Assembly: GCA_964291405.2 (NCBI GenBank)
Contig: OZ219926.1
Coordinates: 352,001-416,000 of the forward strand
Source of the DNA: Thermodesulfobacteriota bacterium
GTDB taxonomy: Bacteria > Desulfobacterota > Binatia > Bin18
DNA length: 64,000 nt
Direction: 5' to 3'
Part shown: positions 27,204 to 36,692 of the stretch, piece after piece
How the letters are laid out: each line of letters starts with the position of its first letter
Numbering within the stretch: the stretch's first letter is position 1
Translations under genes and position numbers: made by a program
Notes under the pieces: model-generated
What the model saw: only the letters and a program-made list of their open reading frames with translations
Database searches by the model: none
Told to the model about the DNA's origin: nothing

Positions 27204-28253
27204 ATGTTGAGCATCCGTTTTCTTATCTCTGTCATAACACTCGCAAGTCTGGTGACCGGCTTGTGGCTGACCCCGTTCGCTCAGGCACAGCCGCTCAAAG
27301 TCTGTGCCACGGTGCCCGACCTCGGCAGCCTGGTCCAGGAGATTGGTGGCGAGCAGACGACGCTGACGGTCTTTGCCAAAGGGACGGAAAACGCCCACTT
27401 CGTGGTACCCAAGCCGAGCTTCATCAAGGCCCTGAGTACTTGCGATATGTACGTCCAGATCGGTCTGGACCTGGAAATTGGCTGGGCGCCGCCCCTGCTG
27501 CAAAATGCCCGGAACGGCGCTATTCTCCCTGGCGGCCAGGGCTATATCGATGCGTCCACGGTCATCGCTCCGCTTGAGGTTCCCAGCACTCCGGTCGACC
27601 GCTCCATGGGAGATGTGCATCCATCCGGCAACCCACACTATCTGCTCGACCCCATGAACGGCCTGCGTGTCGCACGGCTGCTGCGGGACCGGCTGAGCGC
27701 TCTCCGACCGGCCAATGCCCCGTATTTCGCCGAGCGCTATGCCGACTTCCGGCGGCGTTTGGGCGTGGCTCTGGTCGGCGAAGCTCTGGCCGACGCCTAT
27801 GACTTCGAGAAGCTGATAGTGTTGGCCCGACACGGACGGTTGGACAGTTTTCTCAAGAGTCAGGGCCAGGAGGCTCTGCTAGGCGGCTGGCTCGGCAGCC
27901 TGCGGCCCCATGCGGGCAACAAGCTCGTCGGCGACCATAACGCCTGGGTGTATTTTGCCCAACTCTTCGGGTTCGACATGGTTGCCTATCTCGAACCCCT
28001 GCCGGGTATGCTCCCAACCACGAAACATATGGGCGCGGTGATCGAGTTGATGAAGACGAACAGGGTGAAAGCCGTTCTGAACGCGGCCTATTACGATCCC
28101 CGCTATGCCCAATTCGTCTCCGAGAACTCTGGCGCGACCGTCGTCCCCATGGCCGAACAAGCCGACTCTCGCCCTGGTACGGCACACTACCTCGATATGT
28201 TGGATTACAACGTGAAGCAGCTCTCAGCGGTGTTAGGAGGAACACCAGAGTAG
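27204..28253 (+). CDS. Metal ABC transporter substrate-binding protein (ZnuA/TroA-like)
   Basis: NAHF, GDVHPSGNPHYLLDP and EPLPG motifs; GGAG RBS before ATG 27204. Confidence 0.9.
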   Translation: MLSIRFLISVITLASLVTGLWLTPFAQAQPLKVCATVPDLGSLVQEIGGEQTTLTVFAKGTENAHFVVPKPSFIKALSTCDMYVQIGLDLEIGWAPPLLQNARNGAILPGGQGYIDASTVIAPLEVPSTPVDRSMGDVHPSGNPHYLLDPMNGLRVARLLRDRLSALRPANAPYFAERYADFRRRLGVALVGEALADAYDFEKLIVLARHGRLDSFLKSQGQEALLGGWLGSLRPHAGNKLVGDHNAWVYFAQLFGFDMVAYLEPLPGMLPTTKHMGAVIELMKTNRVKAVLNAAYYDPRYAQFVSENSGATVVPMAEQADSRPGTAHYLDMLDYNVKQLSAVLGGTPE

Positions 28254-28271
28254 AGTCGTCGGGGGAAACGC

Positions 28272-29462
28272 ATGCTTTCACATCCAACTCTCGCCCTTTT
28301 TCCTAAGCCAGGTCCAGCCCCTCTGTGGATTGACCAGGTCGGGGCGGGACTGTCGCTGGCCTGCGCTGCTCATTGCATGGCGGCTCCCCTGCTCCTCTCT
28401 CTGCTCCCGTTCGTAGGGCTCGGCTTTTTTGCTGACGAATCGGTGGAAACCCTGCTTCTGGGTACCTCACTCGTACTGGCCGTGGGGAGCCTGTGCTGGG
28501 GATTGCGCATTCACCACCAACGCCGTACTCTGCTGCTGCTCGGGGCGGCGCTCCTGCTCATCGTCGGTGGACGCCTTTCTTCCGAAGAGACGACCGAGGT
28601 CGTGGGTGTCGTGCTCGGAGCCGTGCTGCTGGCGTGCGGGCATCTGCTGAACCGGCATCTCTGTAAGACCTGTTTGCAGTGCCAGGCCGATGAAGTACAG
28701 TCCGGTCCCATGGACAGCGAGATTGTTTTGCAAACGACCAATCTGTCGGTCGGGTATGGCAACTTTGTTGTGCTCGGACGCGTGAATCTGGCGATTCGGG
28801 CCGGCGAATTGTGGTTCGTGCTGGGCCGGAACGGGAGCGGCAAGACCACCCTGCTTCAGGCCTTGCTCGGACTGCTCAAGCCGCAGACTGGTCTCCTTCG
28901 CCGGCAGGTAGCCAACGGGGTCGGATTCGTGCCGCAGCGCTGTGACATCAATCCCACGCTGCCGATTACGATTCGCGAGTTTGTCGGCCTGGGTCTGGTC
29001 GGTACCGGCCTGAACCGGGCGGCACAACGGGAGTATCTGGACCGGGCCCTGGGCACATTTGATCTGGCCCAACTGAAGCACAAGAACTACTGGACGCTGT
29101 CGGGCGGCCAGCGCCAGCGCGCGCTGGTTGCCCGAGCAATGGTGAGACGCCCCGCCCTGTTGATTCTGGACGAGCCGACGAACAACCTGGACCTGGCCGC
29201 GGAAGGCGACTTCCTGCAAACCTTGACCGATATTCACAAGCGGGAGCACAACACCTGTCTGTTTGTCACCCATAATCTTGGCATTGCCGAACGCTACGCC
29301 ACCCATATCGGCCTGGTTGCGCAGGGGACTGTTATTGCCGGTCCCAAAGCCCAGGTGCTGAATGAGTCCAACCTGGACCGCGTCTATGGTCGCGGCCAGC
29401 GTATTCATCTGCACGTCTCACCAGAGGATTCGTCCGACCTGCACTCCCAGGCTCCGGAATGA
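28272..29462 (+). CDS. MerC-like membrane domain fused in frame to a ZnuC-like ABC ATPase
   Basis: N-terminal DQVGAGLSLACAAHC with 4 TM segments and CKTCLQC; C-terminal GRNGSGKTT, LSGGQRQR, LDEP and VTH. Confidence 0.8.
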   Translation: MLSHPTLALFPKPGPAPLWIDQVGAGLSLACAAHCMAAPLLLSLLPFVGLGFFADESVETLLLGTSLVLAVGSLCWGLRIHHQRRTLLLLGAALLLIVGGRLSSEETTEVVGVVLGAVLLACGHLLNRHLCKTCLQCQADEVQSGPMDSEIVLQTTNLSVGYGNFVVLGRVNLAIRAGELWFVLGRNGSGKTTLLQALLGLLKPQTGLLRRQVANGVGFVPQRCDINPTLPITIREFVGLGLVGTGLNRAAQREYLDRALGTFDLAQLKHKNYWTLSGGQRQRALVARAMVRRPALLILDEPTNNLDLAAEGDFLQTLTDIHKREHNTCLFVTHNLGIAERYATHIGLVAQGTVIAGPKAQVLNESNLDRVYGRGQRIHLHVSPEDSSDLHSQAPE

Positions 29463-30310
29463 TCGACAGCTTCGTGAGTTCGTGGCCGCTCTTCCAGAAC
29501 GCCTATCTGTCCGGCTGGTTGATTGGCATTCTGCTGTCACTTATCGGGGTGGTGGTGGTCGCCCGCGATCAGATCTTCATCGGCGCGGCGGTTTCGCAAG
29601 CGTCGTTGTTGGGCATCGCCCTAGGCATCTGGTCCGGCAGCCTGCTCGGTCCGGATTCCTGGTGGAATTCCGATCTGGTCCACTCCTTTATGGGCGGGCT
29701 GTTTGCCGTGCTGGCCGCCTTTCTCACCACGGGCGGCGGACGGCGGGCCAGCCAGGAAACGCACGAAGCCATCACCGGCTGGGTCTTTCTGTTCTCTGTG
29801 AGCGCCTCCATTCTGCTGCTCTCCCACAGTCCACACGGCATGGAGGAAGTCAACCGCCTGTTGTCCAGCACGATCATTGGGGCGCGGACCGAAGATGTCT
29901 GGATTTTTGCTGGTATGACGCTGCTGACCGGCTCGGCCCTGGTTGTGTATTACCGCTCCATCCTGCTGATCACCCTTGACCCGGTCATGGCCCGTGCGGC
30001 CGGTCTGAGAACCGGGCTCTGGAACGGCTTGCTCTCGACCTGGCTCGGTCTGACCGTCGGGTTTTCCATCCGTATTTCCGGCGTCGTATTTGCTTTTGCG
30101 AGCCTGGTGCTGCCGGCCCTGGTTGCCAAGAGCCTGGGCCGGACGGCCGGCAGCCTGTTCATCCTGGCTCCGCTGGTCTCTCTCGGCATGAGTGTCTTCG
30201 CCTTTATTGTGGCGAATGCGTACGATTACCCCCCCGGTCAGATGGCCGCCGCCTGCCTCGCCCTGCTGTTGGCTGCGGCCTGGCTCTTTCGCGCAATGCG
30301 ACCGCGTTAG
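29459..30310 (+). CDS. Metal ABC transporter permease (ZnuB-like)
   Basis: Polytopic; FIGAAVSQ and LDPVMARAAG; ATGA overlap with the ATPase gene. Confidence 0.88.
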   Translation: MIDSFVSSWPLFQNAYLSGWLIGILLSLIGVVVVARDQIFIGAAVSQASLLGIALGIWSGSLLGPDSWWNSDLVHSFMGGLFAVLAAFLTTGGGRRASQETHEAITGWVFLFSVSASILLLSHSPHGMEEVNRLLSSTIIGARTEDVWIFAGMTLLTGSALVVYYRSILLITLDPVMARAAGLRTGLWNGLLSTWLGLTVGFSIRISGVVFAFASLVLPALVAKSLGRTAGSLFILAPLVSLGMSVFAFIVANAYDYPPGQMAAACLALLLAAAWLFRAMRPR

Positions 30311-30391
30311 ATGCCCTTCCCTTTCGTCGAGTTTTTCTTTCTTCTCCGTCCATGAAAAGATATGGGGACGGAGGCAGAGGGAGGGCGACGG

Positions 30392-31054
30392 ATGGAGAAA
30401 GCACGGGGCTCCCCGTACTGGCTGCGGGTAGGAATCATCCTGGTTGTCACCACCATGCTCTATAACGTGGTGGAGGCAGTTATTGCGCTATGGGCCGGCG
30501 TTGAGGCGGCGAGTATCGCCCTGATTGAATTTGGCTCCAACAGTGTCATCGAACTCGTGGCCGCCAGTGTCCTCATCTGGCGGCTGCGCCTTGAGGCGCG
30601 CGGGGCGGATTCTGACCGGGTCGCCCGCGCGGACCTGGTAGTCCATCGCTTTGTGGGTCTGTCTTTTATTGCTCTCGCCCTGTATGTCCTGATCCAGTCC
30701 GTTTGGATGCTGTGGCATCGAGAGGTGCCAAGCGCGAGTACTATCGGCATGCTGCTGGCCACAGCCTCCCTCATTATTATGCCGCTGGTCTCGTTCGGGA
30801 AGTTGCGGGCAGCAACGGAGGTCGGCAGCCGGGCGCTACGGGCCGAGGCCAAAGAGACGCTGGCCTGCTCCTATCTGTCGTTTACCCTCTTGCTTGGACT
30901 CGGAGCAAACGCGGCGCTGAGCTGGTGGTGGGCCGACCCGGTCGCCGCACTGCTGATGATTCCCTGGCTGGTGAAAGAGGGGCTGGAGGGCCTGTCGGGC
31001 AATGAGCATGAAGCCGAGTCACGAGTCGCCCAGGCGTCCGTCAATTCTTCATGA
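30392..31054 (+). CDS. CDF-like cation transporter (TM domain only)
   Basis: YNVVEAVIA, SVIE, AEAKETLAC and WWWADPVAAL motifs. Confidence 0.8.
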   Translation: MEKARGSPYWLRVGIILVVTTMLYNVVEAVIALWAGVEAASIALIEFGSNSVIELVAASVLIWRLRLEARGADSDRVARADLVVHRFVGLSFIALALYVLIQSVWMLWHREVPSASTIGMLLATASLIIMPLVSFGKLRAATEVGSRALRAEAKETLACSYLSFTLLLGLGANAALSWWWADPVAALLMIPWLVKEGLEGLSGNEHEAESRVAQASVNSS

Positions 31055-31218
31055 AGTGTCGCTACGCGGGTAAACCGCCTCAGCTTTACAACAGTACAGC
31101 CACTGCATCTAACTTGTATTGGCAACTCTGAAGGGATAGTGCCGCGTGCTCCAAATTGGTAGGCTGACCTAGCCCGGTCAGAGGATGCTTCGAGCACGGC
31201 TTTCGGCGGAACGCGATT

Positions 31219-31959
31219 ATGATAGCATTTTGGGTAGCTGGAGCGACTTTTGTCCTGACCCTTTGTGGCGGGCTGCTCGTTTTACGCCTCCAGGTCTATC
31301 AGGGCGTGGTTTTTGCCTTTTGCGCGGGCGTATTGATTGCCGGGGCGTTGATGGAGGTGATCCCAGAGTCGCTGGAATTGCTCTCAACCACCGGCTCGAC
31401 CTTCCATCATCATCATATCTTATTGTCCTGTGCTTTGGGGTTTCTGTGTTTTTATCTCGTCGAACATCTCACCCATCAGCGAGAGACACCCGCCGAGCAA
31501 GCCGCACACCATGCCCACGCCCCGCACGCTGGCATCTGGGGCGCAACCGGCATTCTGGTGCATAGTCTTTTTGATGGGTTTGCCATAGGTCAGGGCTTTC
31601 ATGCTGGCGAGCATGTGGGCTGGGCGATTGCCCTGGGTATTACGCTTCACAAAATAGCGGACGGTGCGAGTATTGCCGGCGTCATGCTCGGTACGCAGCA
31701 GACCGTTCGGGCCACCAGAATCATGCTCGTTCTTACCGCGCTGGCACCACTTGTCGGCGTCTATGCCCAGTCGTTTGTAACCTTTCAAACAGCATTACTC
31801 GCCCTGCTGCTGGCGTGGTTTGGTGGGGTCTTTCTCTATCTGGGAGCCGGGAGTCTCCTCCCCGCAGCGCATGACGCCAGTCACTCACGCCAGCTCCCGG
31901 TAGCAACCCTTGCGGGCGTACTGTTTGTCTACGGAGCGCAGATCCTGGCACATCATTGA
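31219..31959 (+). CDS. ZIP family metal transporter
   Basis: HSLFDG and HKIADG signature helices; His-rich loop. Confidence 0.88.
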   Translation: MIAFWVAGATFVLTLCGGLLVLRLQVYQGVVFAFCAGVLIAGALMEVIPESLELLSTTGSTFHHHHILLSCALGFLCFYLVEHLTHQRETPAEQAAHHAHAPHAGIWGATGILVHSLFDGFAIGQGFHAGEHVGWAIALGITLHKIADGASIAGVMLGTQQTVRATRIMLVLTALAPLVGVYAQSFVTFQTALLALLLAWFGGVFLYLGAGSLLPAAHDASHSRQLPVATLAGVLFVYGAQILAHH

Positions 31960-33158
31960 GGAGAGTCAGATCGCGTCGCTATGACTCCGGCTTTTTCCAA
32001 TTCCTGGATTTCAGCCTGCGTACAGCCAATCTCAGCTAGCACCTCGGCGGTATGCTCCCCGTACAACGGAGAACGGCGAGCCAACCGTACCGGCGTCTCG
32101 GACAGTTTCGCCGCCGGGCCCAGCACCTGTACGGTCCCTCCAACCGGATGTTCCATCTCCTGCACCATGCCGCGTGCTTGAATATGCGGGTCGGCAAAAA
32201 CCTCGGCGTAATTTGAGATCGGCCCGCACGGGACGCCTATTTCTTCGAGCACGGCGAGCCAGTGCGAGCGCGGCTGTTGTATCGTGACGGATTCTATTTC
32301 TTGCGTGAGTTGATGCCGATTTTGGACGCGGAGACCATCTTCCGCGTATTCGGACCGGTCTAGCAATTCGGGGCGTCCAATGGCGTAGGCAAACTTCTCC
32401 CACGTGCGGGTATTGGCCGCACCCAGATTGATATAGCCGTCTGCACAGCGAATCGCCTGATACGGGGCTGACATACGATGGGCCGAACCCATAGGCTCAG
32501 GGATACCTCCGGTTGAGAAATACTGAGTCGATTCCCAGACAGACAGGGCGACCCCGGCTTCCAGCAGCGACGTATCAATATATTGGCCCTCGCCTGTTTT
32601 GAGCCGATGGATGTAGGCGGCAAGAATGGCTTGTTCGGCAAAGAGACCGGCCCCAAGGTCGGTCACGGGAATCCCACATTTGACCGGCGGCCTGCCTTCT
32701 TCGCCCGTCACCGACATAATGCCTGACATGCCCTGGGCCACGAGATCAAATCCCCCCTTGTGCGCGTACGGGCCGGTTGAACCAAAGCCGGATACCGAGG
32801 CGTAGATGAGGCTGGGCTGCTCCTGCTTCAGACTGTCATAGTCCAAGCCGAATCCGGCCATCACACCCGGACGATAATTCTCCACCACCACGTCAGCCTG
32901 TCGCGCGAGTGTCTGTACAAGATCCTGGGCGCGGCGGTCTTTGAGATTGAGCACAATCCCGCGTTTGTTCCGGTTGACCGCCCAATAGCCGGTACTCTCC
33001 ATCCCCTGCCGTTGCCCCATACGCCGGGTGGTATCGCCGCCCGGCGGCTCGACCTTAATGACATCGGCCCCCAAGTCCCCAAGGAGCATGGCGCAAAACG
33101 GCCCGGCCATGACCTGGGTAAATTCCAGGACGCGAACTCCCGCGAGTGCCTGTTTCAT
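31953..33158 (-). CDS. CaiB/BaiF family III CoA-transferase
   Basis: AGPF, LGADVIKVE, NRNKR and ENYRPG motifs. Confidence 0.93.
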   Translation of the reverse strand: MKQALAGVRVLEFTQVMAGPFCAMLLGDLGADVIKVEPPGGDTTRRMGQRQGMESTGYWAVNRNKRGIVLNLKDRRAQDLVQTLARQADVVVENYRPGVMAGFGLDYDSLKQEQPSLIYASVSGFGSTGPYAHKGGFDLVAQGMSGIMSVTGEEGRPPVKCGIPVTDLGAGLFAEQAILAAYIHRLKTGEGQYIDTSLLEAGVALSVWESTQYFSTGGIPEPMGSAHRMSAPYQAIRCADGYINLGAANTRTWEKFAYAIGRPELLDRSEYAEDGLRVQNRHQLTQEIESVTIQQPRSHWLAVLEEIGVPCGPISNYAEVFADPHIQARGMVQEMEHPVGGTVQVLGPAAKLSETPVRLARRSPLYGEHTAEVLAEIGCTQAEIQELEKAGVIATRSDSPQ

Positions 33159-33323
33159 ATCTTCCCCTCATTTCTCATAGGCTCAGCGTTCTCATACCAA
33201 GGCTGGCCGGAACAAAACAAGCCAGGACCTGCGGCGTATGAGCGTTCACCCAAGAGCGATATGCACTGGAGAGAACAGGGAGAAAAAAGACAGGGAAAAG
33301 GATGGGCCGACCGGGAGTCGTCC

Positions 33324-33524
33324 TTACGAGCGACGATGTTCGTGGAGACGTTTTGATTCGTTCTCCCCGTAGTGAACAACCCCTTTGTCAATCCGAATAG
33401 TAAAACAACAGGCGGGATTCGTACACGCCCAGACTTTGAAGTCGAGATCTGATCCTCGCGGACCGTAATCGGACAAAGGGACAAGCACTCCTTTTGGACA
33501 TTTTCGACACCGAGGAAGATCCAC
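33324..33524 (-). CDS. Small (66 aa) Cys-rich zinc-ribbon-like protein
   Basis: GTG start with GGAGG RBS; CRKC...PLSDYG...WACTNPAC. Confidence 0.65.
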   Translation of the reverse strand: MDLPRCRKCPKGVLVPLSDYGPRGSDLDFKVWACTNPACCFTIRIDKGVVHYGENESKRLHEHRRS

Positions 33525-33742
33525 GCCAACCACCTCCAAGGGTAACCAATTAAACCTATACCTATAGTATGCCAGAGAAAAGGTTTGAGAGACAAGAATT
33601 TTTTTCAAAACGTTATGCCTGCCGAGAAGGATCAATCTTCTCCCGTGGGTCCGGCTCAGGGGTTTTGGCTATCTAATAAAGGTGGTATGCATCCCTATGG
33701 AGTACACGGACCAACATCAAGCGGATCAAAAGGTGGACAACA

Positions 33743-34066
33743 ATGGATGTTTTTAAGCAGGTCGCCGCCCAGATCGCTTTTTCGTCCGAGAAGATGAAAA
33801 AGGTCAATCTGTTTACGACCGACCGCATGTTCTGCGATGTGTACTGCTTTGAACCCGGACAAGAACAGACACCCCACACCCATACCGGCTCCGACAAAAT
33901 CTATTATGTACTGAACGGACGGGCCACGGTCCGGATTGGACAGGAAACCAGGGAACTCGGGGCTGGCGACATTGCGATGGCTCCGTCCGGGGCCGAGCAC
34001 GGCGTCAGCAATACCAGCACCGAGCAACTGACCCTCCTGGTTTTCATGGCCCCGAAACCATCATAG
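33743..34066 (+). CDS. Cupin domain protein
   Basis: PGQEQTPHTH...DKIYY...GAEHGVSN. Confidence 0.85.
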   Translation: MDVFKQVAAQIAFSSEKMKKVNLFTTDRMFCDVYCFEPGQEQTPHTHTGSDKIYYVLNGRATVRIGQETRELGAGDIAMAPSGAEHGVSNTSTEQLTLLVFMAPKPS

Positions 34067-34075
34067 GGAAGGCAT

Positions 34076-34492
34076 ATGGAAGAACGCGACGCTGTCACCG
34101 CGGCAAACCAAGCCTTTTACCGCGCCTTTGAAACGCTGAACATCAAAGAGATGGAAAAGGTCTGGCTGCAAGCCAGCCACATCAAATGCGTCCATCCGGG
34201 ATGGCCGCTCCTGGCAGGCTGGGGGCCGGTTATGGCGAGTTGGGAACGGATTTTCACCAATACGGAATCCATGCGGTTCGATTTGACCGATATCCGTGTC
34301 GAAGTGTCCGGAAGCCTGGGCTGGGTGGTCCTCATCGAAAACCTCGAATCGGGTGGACCGGACGGTACCTCTCGGTCGCGGATTTTGACGACGAATCTGT
34401 TTGAAAAGCGGGATGGCCAGTGGTTCATTGTGCATCACCATGGCTCGCCGATTTTCGCACCATCAACTCCGGCCGCAGATCAACTGCATTAG
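34076..34492 (+). CDS. NTF2/SnoaL-like protein
   Basis: ANQAFYRAFE, CVHPGW and HHHGSP motifs. Confidence 0.85.
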   Translation: MEERDAVTAANQAFYRAFETLNIKEMEKVWLQASHIKCVHPGWPLLAGWGPVMASWERIFTNTESMRFDLTDIRVEVSGSLGWVVLIENLESGGPDGTSRSRILTTNLFEKRDGQWFIVHHHGSPIFAPSTPAADQLH

Positions 34493-34575
34493 CGCGACTC
34501 GCCTTGCCCGCTTTGCCGGGCCAATGGTAGAGTAACACGACTGAAAATAACCACGAACAGGAGGATGTAGGACGG

Positions 34576-35139
34576 ATGCTCATACCAGCGACTCAGCTGC
34601 GCGTGGGGGCGCTTGTTATCTATCAGAACGATCTCCATCGCATCATGGATTTGATACACGTCACTCCCGGCAATAAGCGCGGCTTTGTACAAACCAAACT
34701 TCGCAATCTGCGGAGCGGCTTACAAACAGAGCATAAATTCAGCTCGAACGACAAAGTTGACCGGGTCACGCTCGAACAGCGGGAAATGGAATATCTGTAC
34801 GAATCCGGCGATGAATACTGCTTCATGAACTCCAAGGATTACGAGCAGATTACCTTGTCGAAAGACCTGCTCGGCGGCTCGGTGCACTACCTTGTCCCCA
34901 ATATGAAGATTACCCTCGATCTGTACGAAGAAAATCCGGTCGGCATCAGCCTACCGAAGACGGTTGATCTCACCGTGACCGACACCCCACCCGCCATGAA
35001 GGGGGCAACCGTCACCAACGAGTTGAAGCCGGCTACCATGGAAACCGGCCTGGTCGTCCGCGTTCCTGGCTTTATCGACATCGGCGAATCCGTTCGGGTA
35101 GACACCGAAACCGGGGAATATGTCTCCCGGGCCAAATAG
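34576..35139 (+). CDS. efp: Translation elongation factor P (TPGNKRG loop)
   Basis: KOW plus OB architecture; KPATMETG, VPGFI and DTETGEYVSRA motifs. Confidence 0.95.
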   Translation: MLIPATQLRVGALVIYQNDLHRIMDLIHVTPGNKRGFVQTKLRNLRSGLQTEHKFSSNDKVDRVTLEQREMEYLYESGDEYCFMNSKDYEQITLSKDLLGGSVHYLVPNMKITLDLYEENPVGISLPKTVDLTVTDTPPAMKGATVTNELKPATMETGLVVRVPGFIDIGESVRVDTETGEYVSRAK

Positions 35140-35169
35140 GCCGAACAGCGACACGAGAAAGCGCCGGGC

Positions 35170-35565
35170 ATGAAACGTTTTTTCCTGGGGCTGGGTGTCG
35201 GATTGATGCTGGCGCTGGGCGGCCTCGGAGCCGGCCTTGCAGTTCTGGTCTACACGCCTGCGAGCGCCGTCGGCACGACGGTCAAACCGATCCTGCTTAT
35301 CGACCACGAGCGCATCGCCGTCTGGAAACTCGTGCTGGAGCCCGGTCAGTCCACCAGGCAGCATACACACGAGTTTGACGAGGTTGTGATTTGCCTTGAG
35401 GGCTCAAAGCTCAGGGCAACACTCGCCGGGCCGGAGCCCGAACGCCAGACGCACTACCCTGAGGCTGGCCAAGTCATTATGCCCCAAGTCAAAGGCGTGA
35501 CCCACACGCTGACCAACGTCGGCGACACACGCTACAGCCAGATTTCCATCGAGTTAAAGGAGTAG
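35170..35565 (+). CDS. Membrane-anchored/secreted cupin-like protein
   Basis: N-terminal TM; PGQSTRQHTH and THTLTNVG motifs. Confidence 0.7.
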   Translation: MKRFFLGLGVGLMLALGGLGAGLAVLVYTPASAVGTTVKPILLIDHERIAVWKLVLEPGQSTRQHTHEFDEVVICLEGSKLRATLAGPEPERQTHYPEAGQVIMPQVKGVTHTLTNVGDTRYSQISIELKE

Positions 35566-35603
35566 CTACCGAGAGTCTGGTGGAGTGGGAGAGCGGGAGC
35601 AGC

Positions 35604-35635
35604 CTGGCCCTTCCTCCCGTGAGGGGAAGGGCCAG
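35604..35635. terminator. Hairpin between convergent genes
   Basis: CTGGCCCTTCC...GGAAGGGCCAG. Confidence 0.6.
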
Positions 35636-35649
35636 ATTCGGTACCGTGC

Positions 35650-36624
35650 CTATCCCCCAAAGTAGTTTTTGGGATTTTCGACCGTCATGGTATGGATAGT
35701 GCCCTCGCTTACCCCCGCTCGGCTCAGTTGCGGAATGATATTTTTCAGGATGTGCGAATAGTTCCAGTTCGGACAGGCCTCAAGGAACTGTTCCCACGCC
35801 TTGCTCGGGCGGCCCATCATGCAGTGCACGGCATCATGCGACAGCATAATCCGGTCATACCCAACAGCCAGGAGGCCGATGAGGGAGGCCAGGCGCATTT
35901 TATCGGAGGCGATGGTTTCGACTCCAAAGCGGTCAAAACCGATCCACGCGCCCCGCTCAAGTACGTCAAAGTAGTAGCGCATATCACCCACACCACACGC
36001 GTGGCCGATCATCACCCGGTTAAAATCAACCCCTTCGTCTTCAAAGACGTCTAAGGTTTCCCGTCCGAACGGACCCAACTCATCGTTGTGGCATAGAATG
36101 GGCATACCTGTGGCCTTATGCGTCCGCGCCGCGGCCCGCAAACACGTCTCTTCGTGTTTCCCAATACTCGTCGCCGTCTCGGTCATGCCCGGAATGCCAC
36201 CGGTTGCGGTTTTAATGATACCCGCCTTAATCCCGGTATTCCCGATCCCTTCAGTGATCTCACGCACATAGACCTCGGCGATATCGTCCGCCCCCAGACT
36301 CCGGAAGTGTGGCGGGATACCCAAGACTTCGTTGTACAAGCCAGTGGCAATGATGACATTCAGCCCAGACCGCTCGGCGCATTCGGCGGCGAACTCCGGG
36401 TCGCGGCCTAATTCCATGGGACAGGGGTCAACAAACGAGGTCACCCCCAGCTCTTTGATCTCTTTGAGCTTTTCTACCGCACTATCGACCTCTTTCTTAC
36501 GATCAAAACTGGTATTGTCCCATTCATAGCCGGGGAAGCCGGCCGTCAGATGCTCATGTACGAGCGTGAACCCCAACTGGTCCGAGGTAGTGTCGCCAAG
36601 AACGGTTTGTACCTTTGCCATCAC
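35650..36624 (-). CDS. Phosphotriesterase-related amidohydrolase
   Basis: HEHL, GRD, GIIK, IGHA, FDRFG and SHD motifs. Confidence 0.88.
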   Translation of the reverse strand: MMAKVQTVLGDTTSDQLGFTLVHEHLTAGFPGYEWDNTSFDRKKEVDSAVEKLKEIKELGVTSFVDPCPMELGRDPEFAAECAERSGLNVIIATGLYNEVLGIPPHFRSLGADDIAEVYVREITEGIGNTGIKAGIIKTATGGIPGMTETATSIGKHEETCLRAAARTHKATGMPILCHNDELGPFGRETLDVFEDEGVDFNRVMIGHACGVGDMRYYFDVLERGAWIGFDRFGVETIASDKMRLASLIGLLAVGYDRIMLSHDAVHCMMGRPSKAWEQFLEACPNWNYSHILKNIIPQLSRAGVSEGTIHTMTVENPKNYFGG

Positions 36625-36692
36625 ATTCCCTCCTCTATGATGTTGTTCGTTTTTCCCTATCTCAGCCGAAAAAGGATGTATAGGCGTATCGA

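Noticed and set aside
33155-33635. ORF 33155..33595 and the long version 33324..33635
   Set aside because: No motifs in the first; only the 33324..33524 portion has an RBS and a coherent Cys pattern.
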